Origin: Terriglobia bacterium
Lineage (GTDB): Bacteria; Acidobacteriota; Terriglobia; 20CM-2-55-15
Reading direction: 5' to 3'
DNA length: 64,000 nt
NCBI GenBank assembly: GCA_965198225.1
Contig: CBDAOY010000002.1
Location: 1-64,000 of the forward strand
The position numbers and the translations under genes are program-made. The first letter of the stretch is position 1. Each line of letters starts with the position of its first letter. Shown in pieces: positions 38,681 to 47,901 of this stretch. The notes below the pieces were generated by a model, which saw nothing but the letters and a program-made list of their open reading frames with translations, ran no database searches and had not been told where the DNA came from.

Positions 38681-39970
38681 CTAGATCCTTCCCTCTTCCC
38701 TCAATTTCTCCAGATGTGCCGTCACCGACCGCTCGGCCAGGCTCCACATCTTCGGATGGACGTCGGTGTAAATCTCCGGAACGATTTCGTCGGCCGTCCG
38801 GGTTCCCCGCTCCCAGGCTTTGAGGATGTTGGCCTCACGCTCCATACGATGATCGATGTATTCGCGGAGCTTCTCGGGCGCCGTGGCCGACGCCGGGCCA
38901 TGGGCGAAGAACAGCGCTTCCGGGTTGAGCGCTTCTACTTGCCGCAGCGATGCGAGGTAGGTCGCCATGTGTCCTTCCGGCGGGTCGATGAGAATGGTCC
39001 CGATGCCCGCCATCAGGTCGCCGGTGATCACGGACCGACGCTTTTCCTCGAGAACACAAACGTGGCCGCGGGCGTGCCCTGGCGTATGCAGGACTTTCAA
39101 CGTCCAGCCCGGGTCGCCGGCCAGTTCCACCCGTTCCCCATCGACGAGAAACCGATCCACTTCGACGATCCCTCGAATCTCGTCCGCGGTGACTTCATGC
39201 GCCGCGATGGGGATCTTCCATCGATCACGCAGATGGTTGGCACCGCTGATGTGATCGCTGTGACGGTGGGTCAGCCAGATCTCCCGGATCTTGCGACCCT
39301 CCGCAACCATGTCCTCGAGGACGGAATCCAGGATCGCCTGCTCTTCCGGGTAAGGCGAAGCCGGATCGATAACGATCAGCTCGTCGCCACCGACGAGGTA
39401 ACAGTTCGTATGGGTGGCCGGCGGCAGGGTGGGTGTCCGTACCGGAACGAGGACGATGCCCTTCCGCATCTCGATCGCACTTATTTCCCCGCCTCGAGCC
39501 CTGGGATCCTGGGTGATTCGAGATTCAATATCGTCGAGTCCCGACGACAGGGCCTCCAGGGCATGTCGGATGGGCGGCGCCATCATAATGGAGCCTTCTT
39601 CCCACAGCGCGACGGCATCACCGGGCCGGACCCATTCGCCATGGTCGAGTTCAGGAGTGTTCGGGGTGGGATTCTGCCCCTCCTGACATTGCGCAAGGAA
39701 GAAGCACGTATCGAAACGGCGCGGAGCGAAGGCGGGTGTCACCCAGCGGCCGACCGGACTCAGTGCGGCCTCCTCGACCCGAACACCGAGTTCTTCGTCG
39801 AGTTCCCGCGCCGCGCAGGCCGTCATCTCCTCTCCCGGCTCGCACTGGCCACCGGGAAAGGCATAATAGCCGCCCAAGAACATCATTGTTCGGGACCGCC
39901 GAACCCAATAGACCTCCAGCTCCGGACTTTCGCGGTACAGGATCACCGCCGCGGCGTTGCGTGGTGGCAC
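38681..39970 (-). CDS. NUDIX hydrolase fused to an MBL-fold (LACTB2-like) hydrolase
   Basis: FPGGQCEPGE...AARELDEELG Nudix box; RWVTP...RRFDT; THRHSDH, TPGHARGH, TGD, AHG; GTG start with AGGAGG. Confidence 0.88.
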   Translation of the reverse strand: MPPRNAAAVILYRESPELEVYWVRRSRTMMFLGGYYAFPGGQCEPGEEMTACAARELDEELGVRVEEAALSPVGRWVTPAFAPRRFDTCFFLAQCQEGQNPTPNTPELDHGEWVRPGDAVALWEEGSIMMAPPIRHALEALSSGLDDIESRITQDPRARGGEISAIEMRKGIVLVPVRTPTLPPATHTNCYLVGGDELIVIDPASPYPEEQAILDSVLEDMVAEGRKIREIWLTHRHSDHISGANHLRDRWKIPIAAHEVTADEIRGIVEVDRFLVDGERVELAGDPGWTLKVLHTPGHARGHVCVLEEKRRSVITGDLMAGIGTILIDPPEGHMATYLASLRQVEALNPEALFFAHGPASATAPEKLREYIDHRMEREANILKAWERGTRTADEIVPEIYTDVHPKMWSLAERSVTAHLEKLREEGRI

Positions 39971-40181
39971 ATCTCCTCCTAAGGACCGGGCAGTATAGCA
40001 ACCTTTCGAGGACGCGCCCACTCCGGGAGAGTGGCGAGGGCCACGGCCGGCGGCAGTCTTGGCAAACCACTCGCTTCCGGCGGCGGCATACGTCAATTGA
40101 ACTTTATATGTGCCTTTGCTAGGGTAGTTGTCAGTTCCGCATACGCGGCGCACGACCGTCAGTGCACCCACGTGCCAATGA

Positions 40182-40255
<74 letters not shown>

Positions 40256-40394
40256 TTTATTTTCAGTAATTTAGGGCTTTATCAGAGTACGTGCGGAGGG
40301 CGACTGTAGCAGGAACTGTAGACGGCAGGTTCCTGCAGCGCGAATCCCGATGTGGCTGGCTTGTCGCTGGTAGGCCATCTCCCTAATCGTTTTC

Positions 40395-41498
40395 TCAATG
40401 AATTGCGTGGTTCCGCTCTTCGAGCGCAACGTTCTTTTCGAGGTTCAAGCCTTCAAGTTTCTCGAAAGCTCGTTCTACCATTTCCGGGGTCGGGTGGACG
40501 TAGCGTGTACTGATGTTGATGTTCGAGTGTCCTGCAATTTTCTGAATCGTGAACGGATCAGCACCGGCTTGCCCCAATCGCGTCAGCATCGTGTGACGTA
40601 GCGAGTAAAGCACGAAGTGAGAAACGCCTGACAGCCTCAACGCCTTGGCGTGTTGAGATTTGAGGCTTTCCAGATGGCCGCTGGCAGCCTTGGAAGAAAA
40701 CACCCAGCCTTTCTCCGGCCTACCACCCTGTACCCATCGCACTTCGAGCACGTTCTTCACGCGATTCGTCATTGGGATATGTCGTCGGGCGTTCTTACTC
40801 TTGCCGAACGGATTGAAGATGTACCCGCATCGGGAATTCGGAGCAGGCTCGAAGTGGATATTCTCCCAATCCATCCTGAAGACTTCCTCTGGGCGCATAC
40901 CTGTATCGAGCAGTACCAAGGCTACCGTGCGAAGTGGCTCCGACGCGACTCTCAGGTACGCCTCCTCCTCTTGGTGAGTCAGCACACGTTCCCGGATGAC
41001 CTCGCCCGGAAGGCGGCGAATCATTGGCGCGGCCCCTATGACCTTCCACTCAGCGGCTAACCGCAACATTCGGCGAAGCACTTCCAAATGCCTGTTGATG
41101 GTGGCAGGCTTGAAGGGCTTCCCGTTTGGCTTTCGTTCCTGCCTTCGCTTAGTGACGTAAGCAGCTACCATGCCCTCATCCACCTGGTCTAGGCGGGCCT
41201 TACGGAGCACATCGAAATCAAGTAGCCGCTTGACACCGGTTTCGTAGTATTCGACGGTATTGGGCTTGCCGCGATGCCACTCGCGCATGGTCTCCAAGAA
41301 CCGATCCGCGAATTCCTCGAATCCAGGTACCGGATCAGGTTCCCGAATACCCACATCCTCCTTAGCCAGCTTCGTTCGGTAAGCTGCTTCGATCTTCCTT
41401 GCCTCCGTGCGGTTTCTTTGCGCGGTGCTTCGTTGAATCCTCTTGCCGTCATGCCAAAAGGAAAACCAATAGACGTTTCCGCGTTTGTAGATCGACAT
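40395..41498 (-). CDS. Tyrosine recombinase/integrase
   Basis: Arm-binding MSIYKRGNVYW; DTGMRPEE (R), GKSK (K), YSLRH, AGHS, TRYVH. Confidence 0.95.
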   Translation of the reverse strand: MSIYKRGNVYWFSFWHDGKRIQRSTAQRNRTEARKIEAAYRTKLAKEDVGIREPDPVPGFEEFADRFLETMREWHRGKPNTVEYYETGVKRLLDFDVLRKARLDQVDEGMVAAYVTKRRQERKPNGKPFKPATINRHLEVLRRMLRLAAEWKVIGAAPMIRRLPGEVIRERVLTHQEEEAYLRVASEPLRTVALVLLDTGMRPEEVFRMDWENIHFEPAPNSRCGYIFNPFGKSKNARRHIPMTNRVKNVLEVRWVQGGRPEKGWVFSSKAASGHLESLKSQHAKALRLSGVSHFVLYSLRHTMLTRLGQAGADPFTIQKIAGHSNINISTRYVHPTPEMVERAFEKLEGLNLEKNVALEERNHAIH

Positions 41499-41517
41499 TA
41501 CTTTCGCTCTCCTCCTT

Positions 41518-41712
41518 TCAAATTGATTTGGTCGTCTTCGCTTTCTGCCTAGCGCCTTTCTTTGCCTTGGGCGGTCTGCCACCCAGCTTGCCCCACTCGC
41601 GCATCTTGCGTTCAAACTCTTCCTTGCCCCACTTTCGCTTACGCACGGCAGCACTCCGTTTGCCGAGTAGGCTGGCCGCCTCGTTGACTTCCTGTTGCTT
41701 ACTGCGTGTCAT
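41518..41712 (-). CDS. Small basic protein upstream of the integrase (possible DNA-binding/directionality factor)
   Basis: GGAGG RBS; AASLLGKR...WGKLGGRPPK; palindrome AACCTA-N4-TAGGTT upstream. Confidence 0.6.
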   Translation of the reverse strand: MTRSKQQEVNEAASLLGKRSAAVRKRKWGKEEFERKMREWGKLGGRPPKAKKGARQKAKTTKSI

Positions 41713-41814
41713 GGTGTCCTACCTCCATTATAACCTATCGTTAGGTTTATAGCTTGAGATTTTTGTGTCTAAATAGGGTGTCCGGTAGTGTCCTAAATAA
41801 GGCGGTGCTCCACG

Positions 41815-42729
41815 ATGCCTATGCGCGACGATCCTGAAACGAATCTTCAGAGGCAACTCAAAGCGGCTCTTGACAAGGCTCTCGATAACTTAGTCGAGGG
41901 AGCGATGACTAACTGCCGCCTCGATAAAGAGTGCGCGGAAACCGAGGAAAGCATTCGTGAACGTCTCCTCGTCTTGGGAGAGCAACTCTTGTCGATTTCC
42001 CATGACGATGACCACGCCAGAGCGGGAACTTTATTTGGCTTCGACATGGACCAAGGCGATATCGAACCGGCGAGAAGACGCATTACGAAAGCAATCGAAG
42101 ATATCCGTAAGTTCAACAACACGAAGGCCCTCAAATCCCGCGACATCCTGGAGGGATTTCCGTCGATAGAAGAATTGCCAATCAGACACGAAGTCGATCC
42201 AGATAGCCCGCACGACATTCCAGATAGTAGACTCTTTGATTTCTTACCGGCCATCATGGAGGCCTATCTCGTCCACCTTCAGCGCTATGTCGAGGGCTGC
42301 AAGCAGCACCAGTTCCGCAACCGCCTCCGCGACGCAAACAAGGCAGCCCTATTGAGATGCGTTCGAGGTTCGGAGGCTGGCAAAGCGCACTACAATCGGA
42401 TTATTCTGTTTCTCGAACAACTCGCCGAATTCCGAGGCGTTAACCTTCCTGTAGACGACGACCGATACGAATTCACTTATGACGCCCTCCGTCAGTTCGA
42501 CCGGCGTCATCCAGTACCGGAAGAACCCCGACATTTCTCTCCGTTCCTCCCTTCGGTTGAAGAAGACGGGGCAACTGCCTCCGGCCACCCGGTGCGACTG
42601 GAAACGAAGCCACGGCGAGGAGTGAGGCACCGGAATCGGCGAAAGCCACCGGCAACAGCTACCCCCTTTGCCTACCGCCACCGCGCCAGTCGTCGACTCT
42701 ACCCCCCCTGCCGGACTCGACCCCTTTAA
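41815..42729 (+). CDS. Hypothetical protein
   Basis: 304-aa ORF divergent from the integrase operon; no motif recognised. Confidence 0.5.
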   Translation: MPMRDDPETNLQRQLKAALDKALDNLVEGAMTNCRLDKECAETEESIRERLLVLGEQLLSISHDDDHARAGTLFGFDMDQGDIEPARRRITKAIEDIRKFNNTKALKSRDILEGFPSIEELPIRHEVDPDSPHDIPDSRLFDFLPAIMEAYLVHLQRYVEGCKQHQFRNRLRDANKAALLRCVRGSEAGKAHYNRIILFLEQLAEFRGVNLPVDDDRYEFTYDALRQFDRRHPVPEEPRHFSPFLPSVEEDGATASGHPVRLETKPRRGVRHRNRRKPPATATPFAYRHRASRRLYPPCRTRPL

Positions 42730-42838
42730 GGGACGGTTCATCCTTCAAGCCAATATTCCCGGCTTGTTCCCTTGCGCCCAGTAGCCTCACGCACATGCTG
42801 GATGCGGGATAGAGAAAAGGTATATATTCAATACTATA

Positions 42839-43121
42839 ATGACCCAATTGTCATTCGAGTATGATCGTTGTTTGATCAGCCAAAAGCGCCACAAACAAGG
42901 CCAAGCATGGCATCAACTTCGACGAAGCCCAGGTCCTTTGGAAAGATGATCGGAGGCTGGAAGCTCCGGCAAAAACCGATGACGAGCCGCGCTTTCTGGT
43001 GATCGGAAAGATTGGCGAGAACCACTGGGCTGCCGTCTGCGCTCATCGGGGGGACAATGTGCGGATCATCTCGGCGCGGCGCGCCCGGAAACAGGAGATC
43101 GATCACTATGAAAGCAACTGA
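42839..43121 (+). pseudogene. brnT: BrnT-family toxin, frameshifted by a 10-bp insertion
   Basis: Removing GTTGTTTGAT restores FEYDPAKSATNKAKHGINFDEAQVLW...RFLVIGKI...VRIISARRARKQE. Confidence 0.85.
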
Positions 43122-43323
43122 GTTCGACCGAAAATTTGATAAGGGAGAGGACGTTAGCGAGCATGTCGACTGGTTGAAAGCAAAGCGCCCGAATGTGCAG
43201 GTAAAGCGGGTGAATGTGGACTTCCCGACATGGGTTGTCGACGGGCTGGACCGTCAGGCACGGCACCTTGGCGTGACCCGACAAGCGCTCATCAAGTTGT
43301 GGATCGCGGAACGGCTACAGTGA
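43108..43323 (+). CDS. brnA: BrnA/CopG-family antitoxin
   Basis: MKATEFDRKFDKGED...KRVNVDFPTW...LGVTRQALIKLWIAERL. Confidence 0.88.
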   Translation: MKATEFDRKFDKGEDVSEHVDWLKAKRPNVQVKRVNVDFPTWVVDGLDRQARHLGVTRQALIKLWIAERLQ

Positions 43324-43470
43324 CGCGACAGCCGAAGCTGAAGGCGGCCTTATACTCCTAATACTGTCCCACGAATGTCGATCGCATCATTGAGTTAAGA
43401 GACGGGACGTTGAAATTTGCGAGCTTTGCTAAGGCCCTCGACGCTCACCCAAAACCGGCCAAAGAAGTGA

Positions 43471-43695
43471 TCACCGACCCTGGCGAAGGGATAGCGGCAG
43501 CCGGAGCGCAGAAGGGAGCGTAATCCGACGCGGAAACGGTACCGGAGCGGATACTACACCCTTGATCCAGATCTCCCTGGCCTGCCAGTAGACGATGCAG
43601 GCGAGGATCAGGGTCGGAGGTCGGCACGGTTCTGTCCGAAACAAACGCTCGTCTTGACCGAACAGTTTAGTAGCATGGAACGTGACGCATTCCAT
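43471..43695 (-). pseudogene. Tn3-family transposase C-terminal fragment
   Basis: LILACIVYWQAREI resembles the Tn3 DDE C-terminus; adjacent to a resolvase remnant. Confidence 0.5.
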
Positions 43696-43746
43696 GTTTC
43701 GTATCTGTCATATAAAATACCAGAAGCCGTATTCCATCGTCAGGCC

Positions 43747-44075
43747 GTGAAAACCGTTGCCTATTTGAGGGTCTCGACCGCGCAGCAGGACGTGCGCAGC
43801 CAGCGCCTCGCCAGCCTCGAGTACGCACGCAAACACGACTTCCGCATCGACGATTTCATCGAGGCGACCGCCTCTGGACAGGTTTCCGAAAAGCGCCGCC
43901 GACTCGACGAGCTGATGAACGTCCTCCAGCCCGGCACCGTTTGGTCGTCAGCGAACTCTTCCGGCTCGGTCGGTCGCTGGGTCAGATCGTTGCCATCCTC
44001 GACGCCCTCGCCAAGGCAGGCGTCGCCTTCGTGGCGATGAAGGAGAACATCCGCATCGAGGGCCAGCGCGACCTC
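43747..44075 (+). pseudogene. Serine resolvase, frameshifted and truncated
   Basis: AYLRVSTAQQD; second frame VVSELFRLGRSL. Confidence 0.85.
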
Positions 44076-44189
44076 ATCCGATGCCCCAAGCGTTTCCTGG
44101 CCCAAGACGTCTACCAGCGCGTCATGGTCGACCATCGAGCCCGCCCTGCGCACTGAACGACACTTTTGACTTATAGGAGCTTATAGGAG

Positions 44190-44446
44190 CGTCCAAAGCA
44201 CTGGCCGAATCCGTAATCGGCCTATACAAAACCGAGATCCTTCGGAAGGACGGCCCCAGGAGGAGCGTCAACGATGTGGATTCGCCGCACTGGGCTGGGT
44301 CGCCTGGTTCAACGACCAGCGGTTCCTGGGACCGATTGGCGACATACCACCGGAATTCGAACAGATGTACTATCAGCAGCAACAGTCCCGGCTTCATCGA
44401 GGCCGGACTCAACTAAAACTGTCTCAGAAAAACTCGGGGTGATTCA
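44190..44446 (+). mobile_element. IS3-family right-end remnant
   Basis: ALAESVIGLYKTE...IGDIPPEFE; ends ...CTCAGAAAAACTCGGGGTGATTCA. Confidence 0.75.
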
Positions 44447-44679
44447 GTCGAGCCGATGAGGAAGCCTTCGTCAAAGATTCTGCAGTGACCTGTGTTGCGG
44501 CCCTAAAGTACACTTCCTGGCGGAGCATTCAGATTTGACGTATTCGGGGTTGAGGGTCTTGCTCGTCACCTTTGCGGGCTCGCAGTGGGCCTCGACGCAC
44601 CTATCGACCTGTCCGATCCCGTCTCAAATGGCGAGAGTGCCCGTAAACAATCGTGAAACGTGGTTGGAGAAATTGAAAT

Positions 44680-45524
44680 TTGAACGTCATCGACATCAAT
44701 ACGTGGGACGACTTCGAGTTCAGATTGCGAAACTTCCGGAGGGATCATGGTGGTCGGCCTTTCTTGTTTCGTGGTCTTGAAGACCATCGGTACGAGTTGA
44801 CTACAACTCTTGAACGACATGCTTCCATGGGAATGTCGTTCAGGCAGTACTACCGCCTCATTTCCATTATCAGACCTCAGATTGAAAGTTTCACCCAAAA
44901 GAAGTGGGACGTTCCAGAGTACCCTGAGTACCTGAAGTGGCTCGACCGGAATGACAGCATTGGGCTTTTCAATGAACTGCCAGCATATGACTACATGGTG
45001 TATTTGCGTCATCATGGATTCCCGTCTCCGTTGCTCGATTGGACGGCATCTCCATACGTCGCAGCCTATTTTGCGTTCCGCGGTTTCACCGAAGAGTCCA
45101 GCCAAGGTCACCGAGAGAAAAAGGTGGCAATTTGTGTCTTTAGTGAGCAGGCACTAGATTTCAGAGCTACGTCGAGCGGCGAGCCAGAAATTCGTCGTTG
45201 CGGTCCGTACGTTCGGAGCCACCAAAGACACTTTCTTCAACAAAGCGACTACACGTTGTGTGTTGTTCGGACCACCAATACCACGGCCGATCCTGATTCG
45301 GGTGGAGATGCGTGGTGTTATGCGTCGCATGAAGACGTGTTCGGAAGTGCTGATTGCCCCGAGAATCTTCTATGGAAATTCTGTATTCCAGCGACCGAAC
45401 AGCGAAAGTCCAGAAGATGCTAGATTCGTACAACTTAAACGCGTTCTCGTTATTTGGCTCAGAGGAGAGTCTTATGGAAACGATGGCTTTACGAGAACTG
45501 CACTTTCGCAACCAGCCGCTCTGA
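44680..45524 (+). pseudogene. FRG-domain protein with a frameshift near the C-terminus
   Basis: FLFRG, LRHHGFPSPLLDWT, YVAAYFA. The frame stops at 45423; the shifted frame continues VQKMLDSYNLNAFSLFGSEESLMETMAL to TGA 45524. Confidence 0.8.
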
Positions 45525-45573
45525 AAGGCGGTTTCTGGATAGCGAAACGGCGTCGCACGCACTAGCTATCCAA

Positions 45574-45599
45574 CGAATCGCCGCGCCGACGGCGATTCG
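45574..45599. terminator. Stem-loop downstream of the FRG gene
   Basis: Perfect 10-bp stem CGAATCGCCG/CGGCGATTCG with a 6-nt loop; no clear U-tract. Confidence 0.45.
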
Positions 45600-45669
45600 G
45601 TCTACCTGCTCCGTCAGCTCGAACCCGCCATCACTGTGCGCCGTCAGAGACTTTCCCACAAAGATGCTG

Positions 45670-45790
45670 GAACGGTCGAGGACGCGGTCGATCGCGCTGC
45701 GCAGAGCCCCGATGCGTCGATGACGAACAGATGCCCACGGGTTGGATCGATCCCTTCGACCAGATCCTCCAGGAACGCCGACGCGGCCTT
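45670..45790 (-). mobile_element. IS256-family transposase remnant
   Basis: FLEDLVEGIDPTRGHLFVID and, after a frameshift, ALRSAIDRV. Confidence 0.55.
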
Positions 45791-46006
45791 CTCTCGCTGG
45801 CCCCCAACAAGGAGGTAACCAGCGGAAGGGCCGCTTCAGCTGCGAGCAAGGTTCTTCCTAATCCGCAGTCAATCCGAAAAGCCAAGACAGCAGTGGCTTC
45901 TGCCCTAACACAACGCCCGAACAGCCAAGAGTAAAGCGCAAAATGGAGACGACGATGACGCGCTCACGAACTTGATAGCGGGTCACGGCTGATGATGCTT
46001 TCGCCG

Positions 46007-46369
46007 CTATTCTCGTCTGTCTCTTTTCTCGTCCAACAGTTTGCGTTGTTCGGAACGCTGTTCAACCCAGTGTTCCATAAGCGGCCGGAACTGCTCCCAT
46101 TCTGAAGGCATGAATCGATACATGGTCTCCGACCATGGTAACTCCGGGTCTGTGTTGATCCTTGCGTCTTCCAATATTCCTACTAGGTGATAACAGGCCC
46201 GCGATCCAAAGATGAAGGTGCATTCCCTTATGGCCCCGACGACGCCATCTTCGTCGCAAACAGCAATCTTGTGAAGCGCTTCAATGGCGGCTCCCACCGC
46301 CTCGCATATCTGATCATCTGTGCTACCAGTTTGAGCAGAGATTTCAGCCAGAATGTTTTGCGTGGTCAT
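46007..46369 (-). CDS. Hypothetical protein
   Basis: GGAGG RBS; 120-aa ORF with protein-like composition. Confidence 0.6.
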   Translation of the reverse strand: MTTQNILAEISAQTGSTDDQICEAVGAAIEALHKIAVCDEDGVVGAIRECTFIFGSRACYHLVGILEDARINTDPELPWSETMYRFMPSEWEQFRPLMEHWVEQRSEQRKLLDEKRDRRE

Positions 46370-46604
46370 GCGGCCTCCTCCGCTGGCGAGTTATCCCCAC
46401 CGACGAGAGCACGAACTAAGTTTGACGGGGACCGGCTTTTACTCGAGATTCGCGAGACCAGACGAGCCGACAGCCGTGACGCACTCCCCTAAACCCACGG
46501 TCTTGCCTGAAGAGGAGAACATCCAACCGTCTGGTCTGTGACATCTACGTCAGCCTTGCCTCCACAAGCAGCAGAAAACTGTCGGCGCCCACAGGTTCCG
46601 GGAA

Positions 46605-47165
46605 CGCCCGAGCATTCGCTCTCAAACTCACCACGGCCCCTGGCTTCTCCAGGGCCGCCTCCTGCGCCTCGGTCAGCACCAGGCCGTCCTGAGCCACTCT
46701 CGCTTCCAACGCCTTCAGACGCTTCTTTGTGTTTTCTACGTCGTGACGTTGCCACACGCATCGGACGCCGGCTGGCGAAATCATAAGCCCTTGCTTCCGC
46801 AGCTCGTTGGCCACCCGCACCTGGCCCCATGTCGGTTGCTCGATCGCCAGCTCCACCACCGCGGCTTCGATCTCCGGCGCCACGCGGTTCTTCAGAACCG
46901 GTTTCCGTCGGCTCATGTCCGCCACCGCGGCTTCTCCGCCTTTCTCGTACAGCTTTTTGAATCGGTAAAAGCTGTCCCGGCTGTATCCCATGACCTGGCA
47001 GGCCTGAGACACGTTCCCCAACTGCTTGGCCAACTCCAAAAGGCCAACTTTCGTCTTGATCACTTTTTGTGCTTGAGTCATTGTCATCGTCTCCATTTCC
47101 CCGTTCAGAGATCTAAAGACTCCGACTATCGTAGAGGCGTGTCAGATCCGGTCTGAACTAATGCA
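46605..47165 (-). mobile_element. IS481-family element: left end plus truncated transposase
   Basis: [32 protein letters not shown]...GEFESEC; left end TGCATTAGTTCAGACCGGATCTGACAC. Confidence 0.85.
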
Positions 47166-47827
47166 TTTGAAAACAACTCACCCACAAGATATTCGCCGTT
47201 CCTCCACGCCTTCTCCTGATTCAACTGCAAAAATATCCTTTCAAGGGCGATGAGTCCGCGCCCGCGTGGATCCCATCCGTCACGGACAGCGCGCCTCAAG
47301 TTTTCTCGGCACTCTGCGATGGTGGCTTCAAGGGTGGCTTCATATGCTTCGCGCCATTCCTGGTCCCACGGCACGTCAGTAAACCAATTGATGATGTCGA
47401 GGGAGAGTTGTGCTTCCGCTATATGTCCGGGCAGTTCGTTCTGGTTCGTCAGGATCAACTGAACAAAACAGACGCGGTGCGGATAGTCGATCCACCCGGC
47501 GATCTCGTGGCGGAGCCAGTCAAGCCAGAGCGTTTGAACCTCGTCAAGAGAGTTCTTCTCTACGAACGGCAGCGCGGCCTCTCGAAAGTCATTCCGGAGG
47601 CGCCAAACCGCAGCCAGAAGGTCGTGAGCATGCTGAAGTGTTCGGTGATCGAAACCATCAACGGTGCCCCATTCTGAGTGATCGGCATCGTCCAGAAGAG
47701 ATCGGGCAAATTCTGTGTATCGATTGCATTTGGAAACGATGATCCCAAGCGCCTGGTGATACACGTCGTGCTGTTTCCCAGCCACTTCCATGTCGCCGTC
47801 ACCTTTAACAATGGGTATGACAATCAC
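47126..47827 (-). CDS. Hypothetical protein; C-terminus cut by IS481
   Basis: 233-aa ORF whose last residues are encoded by the IS481 end. Confidence 0.55.
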   Translation of the reverse strand: MIVIPIVKGDGDMEVAGKQHDVYHQALGIIVSKCNRYTEFARSLLDDADHSEWGTVDGFDHRTLQHAHDLLAAVWRLRNDFREAALPFVEKNSLDEVQTLWLDWLRHEIAGWIDYPHRVCFVQLILTNQNELPGHIAEAQLSLDIINWFTDVPWDQEWREAYEATLEATIAECRENLRRAVRDGWDPRGRGLIALERIFLQLNQEKAWRNGEYLVGELFSNALVQTGSDTPLR

Positions 47828-47901
47828 TTTGGCTTTCCCGCACGTTCACGCAGATGCTTCACTGTAAGCGCCGTTACCGCCCAGTTCGCTCAGAAGTCGC
47901 C

